64,000 nucleotides of DNA from a virus (Duplodnaviria > Caudoviricetes), in IMG/VR virus record IMGVR_UViG_3300023174_000037. The stretch is one strand, 5' to 3'. The notes beneath the pieces were generated by a model, which was given only the letters and a program-made list of their open reading frames with translations, was not told the origin of the DNA and did not search any database. This document shows, in pieces, positions 44,360-53,915 of the stretch. A program made the translations under genes and the position numbers. Within the stretch, counting starts at the first letter, position 1. Each line of letters opens with the position of its first letter.

Positions 44360-45046
44360 TTAGTGATGTAATATTTCTTCATTAAACCGTTTAATCATAT
44401 AATCACCTGCGCCCAGGTGTGCCGCTTCCAATGGATGCCCGCCCGGTCCAATTGGGTATCCATTGGCTTTGGCCCATTCCAAAAAACTTTTCCCGTCAAA
44501 GTTGGTTATAAAAGGTCGTATGTAAGACTGTAGGTCTAGTATAGCTGGAGAAACATGCCAACGTTGATCAAACAATAGTTCATCCAAATTGGTCATAACA
44601 AAAGGTATACTACGCTGTCTTAGAGTATCAATGGCCAATTTTATACTGGTTAAACTTACTAACTTGTCGCGAAATTCTGAGTGTAACTTTCGATAGTATA
44701 CTTGAGCAACAGGGTCTTGATCTACAGGTAGTATAGTATTCCAAGGATCAACTGTGGAATCACCGTGATTGTCAACATAATAGTCAAAACGTTCAATCCA
44801 AGTCCACCCCACAACAAACACGTCTGAACTGTCGCTGTTGGCCGCTTGATCTAAAACACGAGATAAGATTTGTAAATTGCCAGACCCACCGTGTGAAAAA
44901 CAAAGGTATGAGCGGCCGAGATGTTGAGCTAGATGTGCTGGCCACGTCAATTTACTTGGCATATCTCTTGTACCAACAAATGTTTGATCGGGTAATTCTG
45001 TTCCGTGAATGAAACTACAGCCAAAACTTTTTAATCGCATAGGCAA
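44360..45046 (-). CDS. SGNH-like hydrolase or acyltransferase
   Basis: FGCSFIHG, GSGN, GHPLEAAH. Confidence 0.6.
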   Translation of the reverse strand: MPMRLKSFGCSFIHGTELPDQTFVGTRDMPSKLTWPAHLAQHLGRSYLCFSHGGSGNLQILSRVLDQAANSDSSDVFVVGWTWIERFDYYVDNHGDSTVDPWNTILPVDQDPVAQVYYRKLHSEFRDKLVSLTSIKLAIDTLRQRSIPFVMTNLDELLFDQRWHVSPAILDLQSYIRPFITNFDGKSFLEWAKANGYPIGPGGHPLEAAHLGAGDYMIKRFNEEILHH

Positions 45047-45079
45047 TTATATACCTAGTTTATGATACCACTATGATTT

Positions 45080-45673
45080 TTAAAGTATGCCAGCGGCTGA
45101 TTGGATGGCTTGTAGTGCTCGATCTCTTTTGTCGTAGTTGCTGACCACAGGCATGCCAGCAGCAATACGCACTTCGTTTAGATCTTTTTCAGAACGTTCG
45201 CGATAGGCTCTTGGACTTAACGGAACTAGTTTGTCAAACTCATCTCGACTAAACGGAGCTTCTTTGCCTTTGTAGTGCATAGTCCAATCCGAGCTGTCAG
45301 CAAATTCAGTCAGTGTGTTTAGGTCGTTTAACAACTGTTCTACATTACCACCGGCATTGCTACGACGGCGAATTTCTACATAGACTAGGTAACGATTGGG
45401 TTTGATTTCTCCGGGACTACGATCAGCATCCAACACAAAGTCGTAACCTTTTTCAAACCAGTTCATTAGGTCTTTGGCGGCCTGAGCATCACGCACAAAA
45501 AAGCTGATAACGATAACGTCATCATCGTCGCCCATTTTAGAGCTGAATTCATCCACATGAACCGTGGGCTTCATCATGCCCTCAAGGTCTTTAAACCCTA
45601 GGCTTTCAGAAAGCAGGTTGAGGTTGTTGAGGTTGTTGGAGTTGTTGTTGTGCATTATCGGCCTGTGAGTCAC
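45080..45673 (-). CDS. hypothetical protein (start uncertain, 45655 or later)
   Basis: Long ORF whose N-terminus overlaps the upstream gene. Confidence 0.75.
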   Translation of the reverse strand: MTHRPIMHNNNSNNLNNLNLLSESLGFKDLEGMMKPTVHVDEFSSKMGDDDDVIVISFFVRDAQAAKDLMNWFEKGYDFVLDADRSPGEIKPNRYLVYVEIRRRSNAGGNVEQLLNDLNTLTEFADSSDWTMHYKGKEAPFSRDEFDKLVPLSPRAYRERSEKDLNEVRIAAGMPVVSNYDKRDRALQAIQSAAGIL

Positions 45674-46202
45674 TTTGATAACTTTCTTGGTCTAGATCCT
45701 GCTCGTAAGCATCATCTAGGTCTGCTAGATCAATATCTTGATCTTCTAATTCTACTGAGCCTGTGCGGATATCGCTCATCAAGGCTTTGGGCATGGATAT
45801 TTCTACCAACCATACGGGTTTTTCTGTTATGCGAGCTTTGTGGGTGCCCGGGCGATAATCACTAGGATCTTCAATCTTGACCGGCACTTTCATTTGTGTT
45901 TTTTTGTATTTGACCACACAATCAAACGGCAATAGTCTACATCCGCCACGTGGGTCTGGCATGAGTTTTTCGGGCCACATAAAAATACAAGCGACACGGT
46001 ATTTGCTGATAGTTGGGCCTTGGACAAGTTCGCCAATTTGCCAGTTTTTAAAAGCATACAAATCCAGCTCATCCAGCACACGTTCAAAATCCAGCAAGGT
46101 CAACAAGCTACCTTCACTGAGATAGATGTCCTGAATATTTTGGGCTATTTGCCAATAGTCAGCACCGTCTTTGAATATTTCTTGATCAATGGTTTTGCTC
46201 AT
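45606..46202 (-). CDS. hypothetical protein
   Basis: 198 aa; TAAATA 5 nt upstream of the ATG; acidic, Gln-rich tail. Confidence 0.8.
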   Translation of the reverse strand: MSKTIDQEIFKDGADYWQIAQNIQDIYLSEGSLLTLLDFERVLDELDLYAFKNWQIGELVQGPTISKYRVACIFMWPEKLMPDPRGGCRLLPFDCVVKYKKTQMKVPVKIEDPSDYRPGTHKARITEKPVWLVEISMPKALMSDIRTGSVELEDQDIDLADLDDAYEQDLDQESYQSDSQADNAQQQLQQPQQPQPAF

Positions 46203-46380
46203 ACGATTATTTATGGTGATTTCGATCTAAGCGGAAAGTTCGAATATCTGGAGTATAGCCTAATACTTATGACATTTTAGAATCATTTACTACCCACACT
46301 AAACTTTGAGATCTATACCCGTAAATACTTGGACAGCAAAAGGTGCTGTCAGAAGTAACTCAACTACAATGGAGTATAAA

Positions 46381-47118
46381 TTGAGTAGACAAAGAGCAGC
46401 AAAATCACAAAAACGTCATGACATGACACATCAAGAAAATACAATCCGCTTCGATCAAGTAAAACCAGTAAAACAAAGGCCTATTGATATTGTGCCCCGC
46501 ACAAGAAATCAAGAACGTTTGGTGCTGGCTTTGCAAGATGCAGATCAGCATATTGTGATTACAGCAGGGCCAGCAGGAACCGGGAAAACATATTTGGCCA
46601 TGCTTGCGGCAGTGAAGGCATTTAGAGAAGGTGATGTTGATCGCATAGTATTAACGCGACCAGCAGTGGGAGTAGAAGATGAAAAGCACGGGTTCTTGCC
46701 CGGTGACTTGAATCAAAAAATGGATCCATGGGTTCGCCCATTGACCGACATACTTCGTGAGTATTATCGTCAGCCTGATATTCAGGCTATGATGGATGAT
46801 CAACGAATTGAAATAGCGCCGTTGGCATTCATGCGCGGCCGGACTTTTAAAAGTGCGTATATTATTGCGGACGAGATGCAGAACGCAACTCCAAACCAAT
46901 GTAAAATGCTGATGACCCGTATCGGCGATGGCTCAAAAATAGTAATCACGGGCGACGTAGAACAAGCGGATCGAAACCGCGGCAATAATGGTTTGTTAGA
47001 CCTGTGCCAAAGACTCGGGGAAGGGGGTGTAAAAGGTATAGCTGTATGTAGTCTTGACAATCAAGACATACAGCGGCATAGGATCATTGATTCTGTGCTA
47101 CGACTTTACACCGACTAG
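46381..47118 (+). CDS. phoH: PhoH-like ATPase
   Basis: GPAGTGKT, GFLPG, MRGRTF, DEMQN, GDVEQ; TTG start after GGAG. Confidence 0.95.
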   Translation: MSRQRAAKSQKRHDMTHQENTIRFDQVKPVKQRPIDIVPRTRNQERLVLALQDADQHIVITAGPAGTGKTYLAMLAAVKAFREGDVDRIVLTRPAVGVEDEKHGFLPGDLNQKMDPWVRPLTDILREYYRQPDIQAMMDDQRIEIAPLAFMRGRTFKSAYIIADEMQNATPNQCKMLMTRIGDGSKIVITGDVEQADRNRGNNGLLDLCQRLGEGGVKGIAVCSLDNQDIQRHRIIDSVLRLYTD

Positions 47119-47855
47119 TCTGTCATTGGCTCATCGAGTATGGTTTTTATTCGATGAGCCAATGTTTTATATGTATCCGCACCAGGATGAATTAGATCTC
47201 TAGCATTACCAAATGGAAACGGCCTAGTATCAATTTGATTTCTGTCTAATATAACCGATTCAATCCCCAAAGTTTGACACAAATATTTAAATGCCAAAGT
47301 ATTTTTTCGCAGATTCAACTGTTGATTGGTCACAGAAGTAAACCAAGTTTTAATAAAATAATCGTTGGCACACGGGTTTTTAGTATCCGTGGTTATGATA
47401 TTCAAACTCAGTGGAACTGCATCGTCTAGCAATTCAATCCTGTGCATGTCAGTTTGTAACCATACAGCATAGCGAGGTCGTAGCAGTGGCAAATAATGTA
47501 AAGCAAATCTAACCGCTGTGTCGTTACTACTGCCAGCATGACCAAGATTGGCTGTGGTCAATCCGGTGATAGCAGCAAGTTGTTCTGGCCAAGTATCTTG
47601 ACTATGGACTCCGGTACCCATAGTAAAACTACAGCCAAAACACACTATATCAAATGCTTGATCAAACTCTTGAGTTCTAAATCCATGACTATTGTATCTG
47701 TAATCTATTTGAGTGTTTAAAAACCCAAGGTCACTTAACCGTTGACGTGCTTCGGGGTTTTCTATATTTTTTAAATACCAGGGCTGATTATCAGAGGTAT
47801 CCCAATGTAATGTTCGATTTGCCAGACGCGAATAATTGTGTATGATTGTGTTCAT
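47115..47855 (-). CDS. SGNH-like hydrolase or acyltransferase
   Basis: CFGCSFTMG, GSSND, ARDLIHPG. Confidence 0.6.
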   Translation of the reverse strand: MNTIIHNYSRLANRTLHWDTSDNQPWYLKNIENPEARQRLSDLGFLNTQIDYRYNSHGFRTQEFDQAFDIVCFGCSFTMGTGVHSQDTWPEQLAAITGLTTANLGHAGSSNDTAVRFALHYLPLLRPRYAVWLQTDMHRIELLDDAVPLSLNIITTDTKNPCANDYFIKTWFTSVTNQQLNLRKNTLAFKYLCQTLGIESVILDRNQIDTRPFPFGNARDLIHPGADTYKTLAHRIKTILDEPMTD

Positions 47856-48454
47856 CCAGTGACTATCTCGTAGATGTGTTTCCAGTTTTTAACAAGAGTA
47901 ATGCCTTCATGGTAATGATGCATGTTGTGTCCGTGCTCTAGCAGTAACGGATTCAGGCCATAGTTATAACCACATTCGGCATTTTCTGGTTTGTCTTCGA
48001 TCCAGATAAGTCCAGTGCCTTCATATTCTTCCAGGGCTTCATGTTTGTCAGCACCGGTATCAAGGCAAACAATACGTTCAAAAGTATGCTCACCAAACAA
48101 CTTGCTAAGATTCATTTCACGAAGTCGTTGTGCATTTTCATCCCGGCTCAGACTTGTAATGCAATGAAATACATAACCATGTTCTTCTACTAGCCGTTTA
48201 ACATAATACATGGCATCTCTCAAGGCCGGTAAGAATCCGATTGCAGCACTTTCATTAAAGATGCGTATGAGTTTTGTTACCTGATCTTTTGGAATACCGT
48301 AACGTACCGCCATGTCATAGTTTAATTTACTGCCTGGTACTTCTTCAAAGCCGTGCTCTTGCATCCAAACATTGAATGCCCATTCCCAATCTAACAAACA
48401 GCCATCGGCGTCAGTTAAAATGAGTTTTTTTCTGTTTCTATATTTTGATTTCAT
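47852..48454 (-). CDS. HAD-family 5'(3')-deoxyribonucleotidase-like protein
   Basis: LTDADGCLLD (DxDG), ITS, WIEDK. Confidence 0.85.
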   Translation of the reverse strand: MKSKYRNRKKLILTDADGCLLDWEWAFNVWMQEHGFEEVPGSKLNYDMAVRYGIPKDQVTKLIRIFNESAAIGFLPALRDAMYYVKRLVEEHGYVFHCITSLSRDENAQRLREMNLSKLFGEHTFERIVCLDTGADKHEALEEYEGTGLIWIEDKPENAECGYNYGLNPLLLEHGHNMHHYHEGITLVKNWKHIYEIVTG

Positions 48455-48459
48455 ACTGT

Positions 48460-48489
48460 ATTATACTACAAAATGTATTTTTTGGTCAA
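48460..48489 (-). promoter_or_regulatory. sigma70-type promoter
   Basis: TTGACC-18 nt-TATAAT, 5 nt upstream of the ATG. Confidence 0.65.
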
Positions 48490-48537
48490 CCGACCTATAT
48501 TTAACAGTGCAAGTGGATATTCTCTTAAATATAGCTA

Positions 48538-49989
48538 ATGCTTGATATTGTTATCATATCCGTTCCTGGAGTAATGAGAAAATCTCCTCAGGCTGCTCCG
48601 GCACTGCTTAGAGGGAGTGTAGAAGCCGCTGGCTTTACATGTAACACCATTGATTTTAATATTCGATTTTATCAAGATGTAAAAGAATCTGATGCACTTG
48701 AAACTTATTTTGCTACCGGGTTAAATGCGGAAGAACATGATCGAGCGTCAGCCCTGGTTGAAATCTGGACAAAAGATATATTGAAACTCAATCCAAAGTT
48801 TATTGGTATCAGTGTGTTTACTTACCAAAATAGGGTAGCAACACGATTATTCTGTGAGCATATTCGTCGATTATCCAATGTCAAAATAATCTTAGGTGGT
48901 CAAGGACTGTCAGATGGAGGCATCCTAGGAGCTGCCGGATTTGGAAAACAAATGTATGATGAACGATTAACTGATTTTTGGATTCGCAGTGAAGGGGAAG
49001 TTAGTCTGGTTGAATTACTTAAAAATAACATGGATTACCCTGGTATCAACTCAGACACCTTTAAACAAATTGATGATTTGGATAGTATACCTTTTCCAAA
49101 CTATGATGATTACGAATTAGACTCATACGAATTTAAAACATTGCCAATTACCGGCAGTCGAGGATGTGTAAGAGCCTGCAGTTTTTGTGATATTCACGAT
49201 CATTGGGATTACCGATATCGCACCGGACAAAACATGGCCGATGAGGTTTTGTATCTAAATAAAAAATATAAGGTTAACGAATTTAATTTCACTGACAGTT
49301 TGATAAATGGAAATCTCAAAGAATTTAAAAAATTTACAAAAATCACAGCCGACTTTAACAAAAGTTTAGATAATCCTATTAGATGGACCAGTCAATTTAT
49401 TATTAGACCCGCAAGTCAAGTCGATGAACAATATTGGCAAGATATAGCTGATTCAGGAGGAAGTAAGTTGGCCATCGGAGTTGAGACTGGCAGCGATACA
49501 GTTCGAACACACATGAACAAAAAGTTTAGCAACGACGATCTTGACTATACCATGTCCATGCTGGACAAATATAACATAACCTGCACTTTTTTAATGATTG
49601 TCGGTTATCCGACTGAAACCGAACTGGATTTTCAAGAGACCCTTGACATGTTCACTCGTTACAAAAAATACACACATATCATAACCAACATCAATATTGG
49701 CAGCACATTAGGTATACTGCCAGGAACACCGTTGTATAATAATTCAAAACAGTTCAACATTGAAGTTGATAAGTATGAAAACAACTGGATCGCACTGGAT
49801 AACCCAGAATTAACCTTAGAACGTCGCATACAAAGACGTCATGTTCTCAAAGATCATGTGTTGAAATTAGGATATACAATACCGGTTGACTCAACCGAAC
49901 ACATGCTGACAATCTTAGACAACAACAAAGACATGTTTGAAAAACGCCTTACTATTAAAAAAATGATGAGGATTAAAAATGCAACATAA
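48538..49989 (+). CDS. cobalamin-binding radical SAM protein
   Basis: B12-binding-like N-domain (IGISVF, IILGG, EGE), SRGCVRACSFC, GVETGS. Confidence 0.9.
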   Translation: MLDIVIISVPGVMRKSPQAAPALLRGSVEAAGFTCNTIDFNIRFYQDVKESDALETYFATGLNAEEHDRASALVEIWTKDILKLNPKFIGISVFTYQNRVATRLFCEHIRRLSNVKIILGGQGLSDGGILGAAGFGKQMYDERLTDFWIRSEGEVSLVELLKNNMDYPGINSDTFKQIDDLDSIPFPNYDDYELDSYEFKTLPITGSRGCVRACSFCDIHDHWDYRYRTGQNMADEVLYLNKKYKVNEFNFTDSLINGNLKEFKKFTKITADFNKSLDNPIRWTSQFIIRPASQVDEQYWQDIADSGGSKLAIGVETGSDTVRTHMNKKFSNDDLDYTMSMLDKYNITCTFLMIVGYPTETELDFQETLDMFTRYKKYTHIITNINIGSTLGILPGTPLYNNSKQFNIEVDKYENNWIALDNPELTLERRIQRRHVLKDHVLKLGYTIPVDSTEHMLTILDNNKDMFEKRLTIKKMMRIKNAT

Positions 49990-50593
49990 ACCAGCTGGTC
50001 AACTGTTGGACGTGTTTCAGCCTGAAGAAATTCAATCGGTCTTGGCCGCTTTGACCAAATTAAACAATGCTCCCAATTTGGGTGAGCAATTTAAAGCCTA
50101 TACCAATGGATTTCAACCAAGTGATTTAATATATCCATTTATTAAACGGAAAGTTATAGACAGATTACAAACACTGCTTGATCGTCCAATTAACCTGGTC
50201 CATGGCATGTTGTTAAAAGAGCAAAGACCCTGGGGAATACACACTGACTATGTCAAGGGCGATTCAAATCCAGACATGGGCATTTTAATTCCGTTGAACA
50301 ATTCTGTAGTCAATACGCATACTGTAATTTTCAATGAATCTTGTATTGATACCTTTGACATATACATGTCAAACAATGAAAAATCAATCAATAGTGCAGT
50401 AGACATGCACGATACTTTGTTGAGTCACGAAACAACAGAGCGGCTTGAATATGTTAGTCTACTAGGAGCTTTTCAATGGTTGCCGGGATCAGTTATATAT
50501 TGGGATAGAAAATTATTACATGCCAGTGATAATTTTCTAAAAAATAATGTCACTGAAAAAACAGCATTGGTGTTATTTACAAACTCTCAGTAG
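49979..50593 (+). CDS. 2OG-Fe(II) oxygenase-like protein
   Basis: IHTD (HxD) and distal LHAS histidine. Confidence 0.6.
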   Translation: MQHKPAGQLLDVFQPEEIQSVLAALTKLNNAPNLGEQFKAYTNGFQPSDLIYPFIKRKVIDRLQTLLDRPINLVHGMLLKEQRPWGIHTDYVKGDSNPDMGILIPLNNSVVNTHTVIFNESCIDTFDIYMSNNEKSINSAVDMHDTLLSHETTERLEYVSLLGAFQWLPGSVIYWDRKLLHASDNFLKNNVTEKTALVLFTNSQ

Positions 50594-50870
50594 ATTTTAT
50601 AGTTTCTTCTTTGGGAAGTTCGTGTCCATTTTCTTGAAATAATCTTTCCATGATATTGGTATAAAAAGGATAATAATAACCAACAATACGGTCCCAATCT
50701 TTTGGAATTGCATTATCTCGCACACTGGCTTTGATGACCTTTAGCTCTTTAAAATCCAATATTACATTGGTCATTTGCCAGTCTCTGGTTCTAATTTTAG
50801 TGGACACAACCATGCTCTCATCAATTTTACCGTTGGCTTTGGTATAGTAAGTTAACATTAGGTATCTCAT
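50577..50870 (-). CDS. hypothetical protein
   Basis: MRYLMLTYY start overlaps the stop of the upstream gene. Confidence 0.7.
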   Translation of the reverse strand: MRYLMLTYYTKANGKIDESMVVSTKIRTRDWQMTNVILDFKELKVIKASVRDNAIPKDWDRIVGYYYPFYTNIMERLFQENGHELPKEETIKSTESL

Positions 50871-51991
50871 TGGGCATATTCCTTTTGATATTTTTTCATA
50901 ATTGATTTGTATGTATCTAAATGTTTGGCCTTTGGCGCACAAAGACCACACAGACATTTGTGTTTTTTACATTGTATAACGGGTTGTCCATTGGCCAATT
51001 GGATTTTTAAATCATTGATAATACTGTCTGAATCAGACAATTTTCCAATTGGTCCAACTGTTCCATCAAACTTCATTTTGCAATCTTTGTTAACGTAAAC
51101 TTCTCCAGTAACTTGTTTAACAAAAAGAAAGAACTGATTTACGCTGCAGTACCAGTCTGTAAATCGATTATCAAAGATGTAATACTGACGCTCTTTGTAA
51201 TTTCGGTCCGAACAAGTTTGCCTTCCTCCGCAACATGCTCGCCCAGCATTACTAAGGTCAGACGACTCGTAAATGTCAGGGTCAATTGTGTTGGACACGC
51301 CATATGTCTTACTTTGATATTCTGAATTGAACCATGTTATTTGTTGTTTATCATAAGGTCGGCGATCACCGTCAATTTGTTTGGCCAATGACCGTATTTG
51401 GTTAGTATCGAGCCAAGATAAAAAATCTTGGGCTTCTTGAAATAGCAGTGAGTCATTATGCATCATTACAATGCACTTTAATCTTTTAGCGGAATCTCGA
51501 ATAGTCAACAAATTTTCTTTAAATTGTTGTTTTTGTTTATCAGTGCTTTCGACATGTGAACTTACTGTAAATTCATCAATGTATGGAATTATCTTTAATA
51601 AAGTTTTATTAGGCACTATAGCATTGGTTGTTGTAGTAACCGTCAAATGCCATCGATCTTGATATGGTTGATATTTTGATTGTATTTGAGATAATATTTC
51701 TACAATGTCAGGATGATGTAACGATTCTCCACCATATACATTAAGAACAACATATTTTAATCCGCTAGGCTTGCGTTGCATATATTGATCTACATATTCA
51801 AACATAAACTCTAGAGCTTGAACACATTCATCTTGTGGAGGATGTTTGGTAGAGTTATCATGCCCGCCGTATAGTCCCGAAGAACAATAACTACAATCAA
51901 GATTACATTTCATTGTAAGTTCCCAATCTAATAGAAACGAAATTCTATTGTTGGGATCTATTGCTGGTTCAAGAACTTCAAACGCTGGCAT
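50867..51991 (-). CDS. radical SAM protein
   Basis: CNLDCSYC, YGGESLHHP, TTN; C-terminal Cys cluster. Confidence 0.9.
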   Translation of the reverse strand: MPAFEVLEPAIDPNNRISFLLDWELTMKCNLDCSYCSSGLYGGHDNSTKHPPQDECVQALEFMFEYVDQYMQRKPSGLKYVVLNVYGGESLHHPDIVEILSQIQSKYQPYQDRWHLTVTTTTNAIVPNKTLLKIIPYIDEFTVSSHVESTDKQKQQFKENLLTIRDSAKRLKCIVMMHNDSLLFQEAQDFLSWLDTNQIRSLAKQIDGDRRPYDKQQITWFNSEYQSKTYGVSNTIDPDIYESSDLSNAGRACCGGRQTCSDRNYKERQYYIFDNRFTDWYCSVNQFFLFVKQVTGEVYVNKDCKMKFDGTVGPIGKLSDSDSIINDLKIQLANGQPVIQCKKHKCLCGLCAPKAKHLDTYKSIMKKYQKEYAQ

Positions 51992-52911
51992 TATAGTCTG
52001 CTTAGTTCACACAGCGTAGCACTTAAATTGATTTCTTGGTCGGCTACCATGGGCATTGCAGCCATGCCGTTGCGAATAATGATAATGGCTTGATCCTGAC
52101 GTTCTACATCTGTGGTCCACAAGTCTAAATTATCATACATCCAGCGAAAAATGTCTTCTGTTTCTTCTGGAGTGCTTTGTTGACAAATCAGTGTGCGGGC
52201 TTCGCGGATTTTGCCCGATTTAAACAATTGCACACAATCCAGTTTCCAATCGCCTACACTCTTGTCTGTGCTGTTGGGTGTGTTCAAAACACCTGTTTGA
52301 CTATTTTGTTGTAACAACTGTAGACATTTACGTAAGTCTGGATATGTAGCACGAACATAACTGTCAAGAGTATCAATATCAAATTCGACATTCTCTGTGA
52401 CCAACACTGTGGCCGCACGGGCTGTAAATTCGGTATGATCTGTTTTTAAGATGTGTAACTGTTGCAGTCTCGAATGTAACGGTGGAATGATCTTGTTGGG
52501 ATAGTTACAAGTTAGAATAAAGCGCACACTGTGACTGTAGTCTTCCATCAAGTTACGCATGGCTGGTTGAACTGAATTAGGATTCAAGTAGTCAGCTTCG
52601 TCAATAAACACAACTTTAAATTTGCCAAATGGCATGGTCTGACAGAACGAGATCAGTTTATCTACCCATTCAATTTTACGACCTTCTTTTGATCCGTTAG
52701 CATACAGCACATCGTATTCGTCTACGCCCAGTTCATTGATTAAGATCTTGCCCAGAGTAGTTTTACCTGTGCCAGGACTGCCACTAAATAACAAATTTGG
52801 AATACTGCCATCTCGGATCCATGACTCTACTTGTTGACGTTGATTGTCATCAACAAACACATAACCATCTACATTTCGTGGTCTGTATTTTTCTATCCAA
52901 AGTTCTTTCAT
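51991..52911 (-). CDS. clamp loader ATPase subunit (gp44/RFC small-subunit-like)
   Basis: WIEKYRP, GSPGTGKTT, DEAD, RFILTCN, SRL (SRC-like). Confidence 0.93.
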   Translation of the reverse strand: MKELWIEKYRPRNVDGYVFVDDNQRQQVESWIRDGSIPNLLFSGSPGTGKTTLGKILINELGVDEYDVLYANGSKEGRKIEWVDKLISFCQTMPFGKFKVVFIDEADYLNPNSVQPAMRNLMEDYSHSVRFILTCNYPNKIIPPLHSRLQQLHILKTDHTEFTARAATVLVTENVEFDIDTLDSYVRATYPDLRKCLQLLQQNSQTGVLNTPNSTDKSVGDWKLDCVQLFKSGKIREARTLICQQSTPEETEDIFRWMYDNLDLWTTDVERQDQAIIIIRNGMAAMPMVADQEINLSATLCELSRL

Positions 52912-53282
52912 TCTACGCCTTTAACAAATGGTTTTAAATCGGGCGTGGTCCAGCCCACTGGCTTTAATACTTTGCCATCTTCACGTTTGCGTACCTTGCC
53001 AGTATCCTTATCAATCTTGGCAAAGTTGGTACGCATGACTTCTTTCCATGCACCTTCTGCATCAAATCCTGCACTGTGTATTGCTCCAATAGTAACAACT
53101 AAGATATCAATCAGTGCATCCAATTGTTCAACACGGTCGTTTTCACGAAGTGCTTGCTCAAATTCTTTTTTTTCCTCGTCGATTAAGCCCGCATACATGA
53201 GATACTGTTGAGGATTACGGTCGCTGGTAGTTTGATCACAAGCCTTCATAAACTTTTCTTGATCACGGAATGGATTTGTCAT
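52908..53282 (-). CDS. MazG-like nucleotide pyrophosphohydrolase
   Basis: LIDEEKKEF, DALIDILVV, RTNFAK, REDGKVLKP. Confidence 0.85.
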   Translation of the reverse strand: MTNPFRDQEKFMKACDQTTSDRNPQQYLMYAGLIDEEKKEFEQALRENDRVEQLDALIDILVVTIGAIHSAGFDAEGAWKEVMRTNFAKIDKDTGKVRKREDGKVLKPVGWTTPDLKPFVKGVE

Positions 53283-53467
53283 ACCAACTCTTCGGCTATA
53301 CCCAATAATTCTGCTAATAAAAACAAGCAGGCTGCAATTTGTATTTCGTAGTAGGCCAAAAATCCACATGCCACAATACGCAGTCCGCTTTTGGCAAAAC
53401 TGATAATGCGATGTTTAATAGGGTGTGGGTGCGCCACTTGTGATACAGTAGGTCTAGTTAGTGCCAT
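53279..53467 (-). CDS. small membrane protein
   Basis: 62 aa hydrophobic ORF with RBS. Confidence 0.7.
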   Translation of the reverse strand: MALTRPTVSQVAHPHPIKHRIISFAKSGLRIVACGFLAYYEIQIAACLFLLAELLGIAEELV

Positions 53468-53540
53468 TTTATTTTTCCTTTGATAAATTGAATTAAATTG
53501 TAAAACCTAAAATAATGACTAGGATATTCAAAAACTGTTT

Positions 53541-53762
53541 TTACCGTTTGAGTATTTCTATCAGTTTCTTTTGTTCCCATTTTTCTTCTCCAGAAAAAGT
53601 TGGTAGTTTAGAATATTCAAGTTCTAACCAACATTTTAACATATAAAGTTCTTCTTTGCAAGAGCTTTGTGTCCATCCATCGTTGTATGGACTATGTATT
53701 TCGCCTAAACTTTTGCGTATAGCAGAATACGCCGAGTCTATATCGGGCTTGCGAAATCCCAT
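53541..53762 (-). CDS. hypothetical protein
   Basis: 73 aa ORF. Confidence 0.7.
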   Translation of the reverse strand: MGFRKPDIDSAYSAIRKSLGEIHSPYNDGWTQSSCKEELYMLKCWLELEYSKLPTFSGEEKWEQKKLIEILKR

Positions 53763-53763
53763 G

Positions 53764-53913
53764 TTAACTTGGTATGATGTGTGGAATGTAAGGAACGTTA
53801 CGTGGACCGTGACGTTGTTCTAACAACATTCTAGCCTCTGCCAAATCTTTAGCCCACACACGATCTTTCTTTTCACCTTCGGGTGTTCGTACTGTGGTTT
53901 CGTACATGGGCAT
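53764..53913 (-). CDS. 49 aa hypothetical protein, absent from ORF track
   Basis: Hand-translated MPMYETTVRTPEGEKKDRVWAKDLAEARMLLEQRHG...; fills the gap after groES. Confidence 0.7.
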   Translation of the reverse strand: MPMYETTVRTPEGEKKDRVWAKDLAEARMLLEQRHGPRNVPYIPHIIPS

Positions 53914-53915
53914 GG

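Noticed and set aside
46203-46300. Imperfect palindrome in the divergent intergenic region
   Set aside because: Short and weak; consistent with ordinary promoter or operator DNA.
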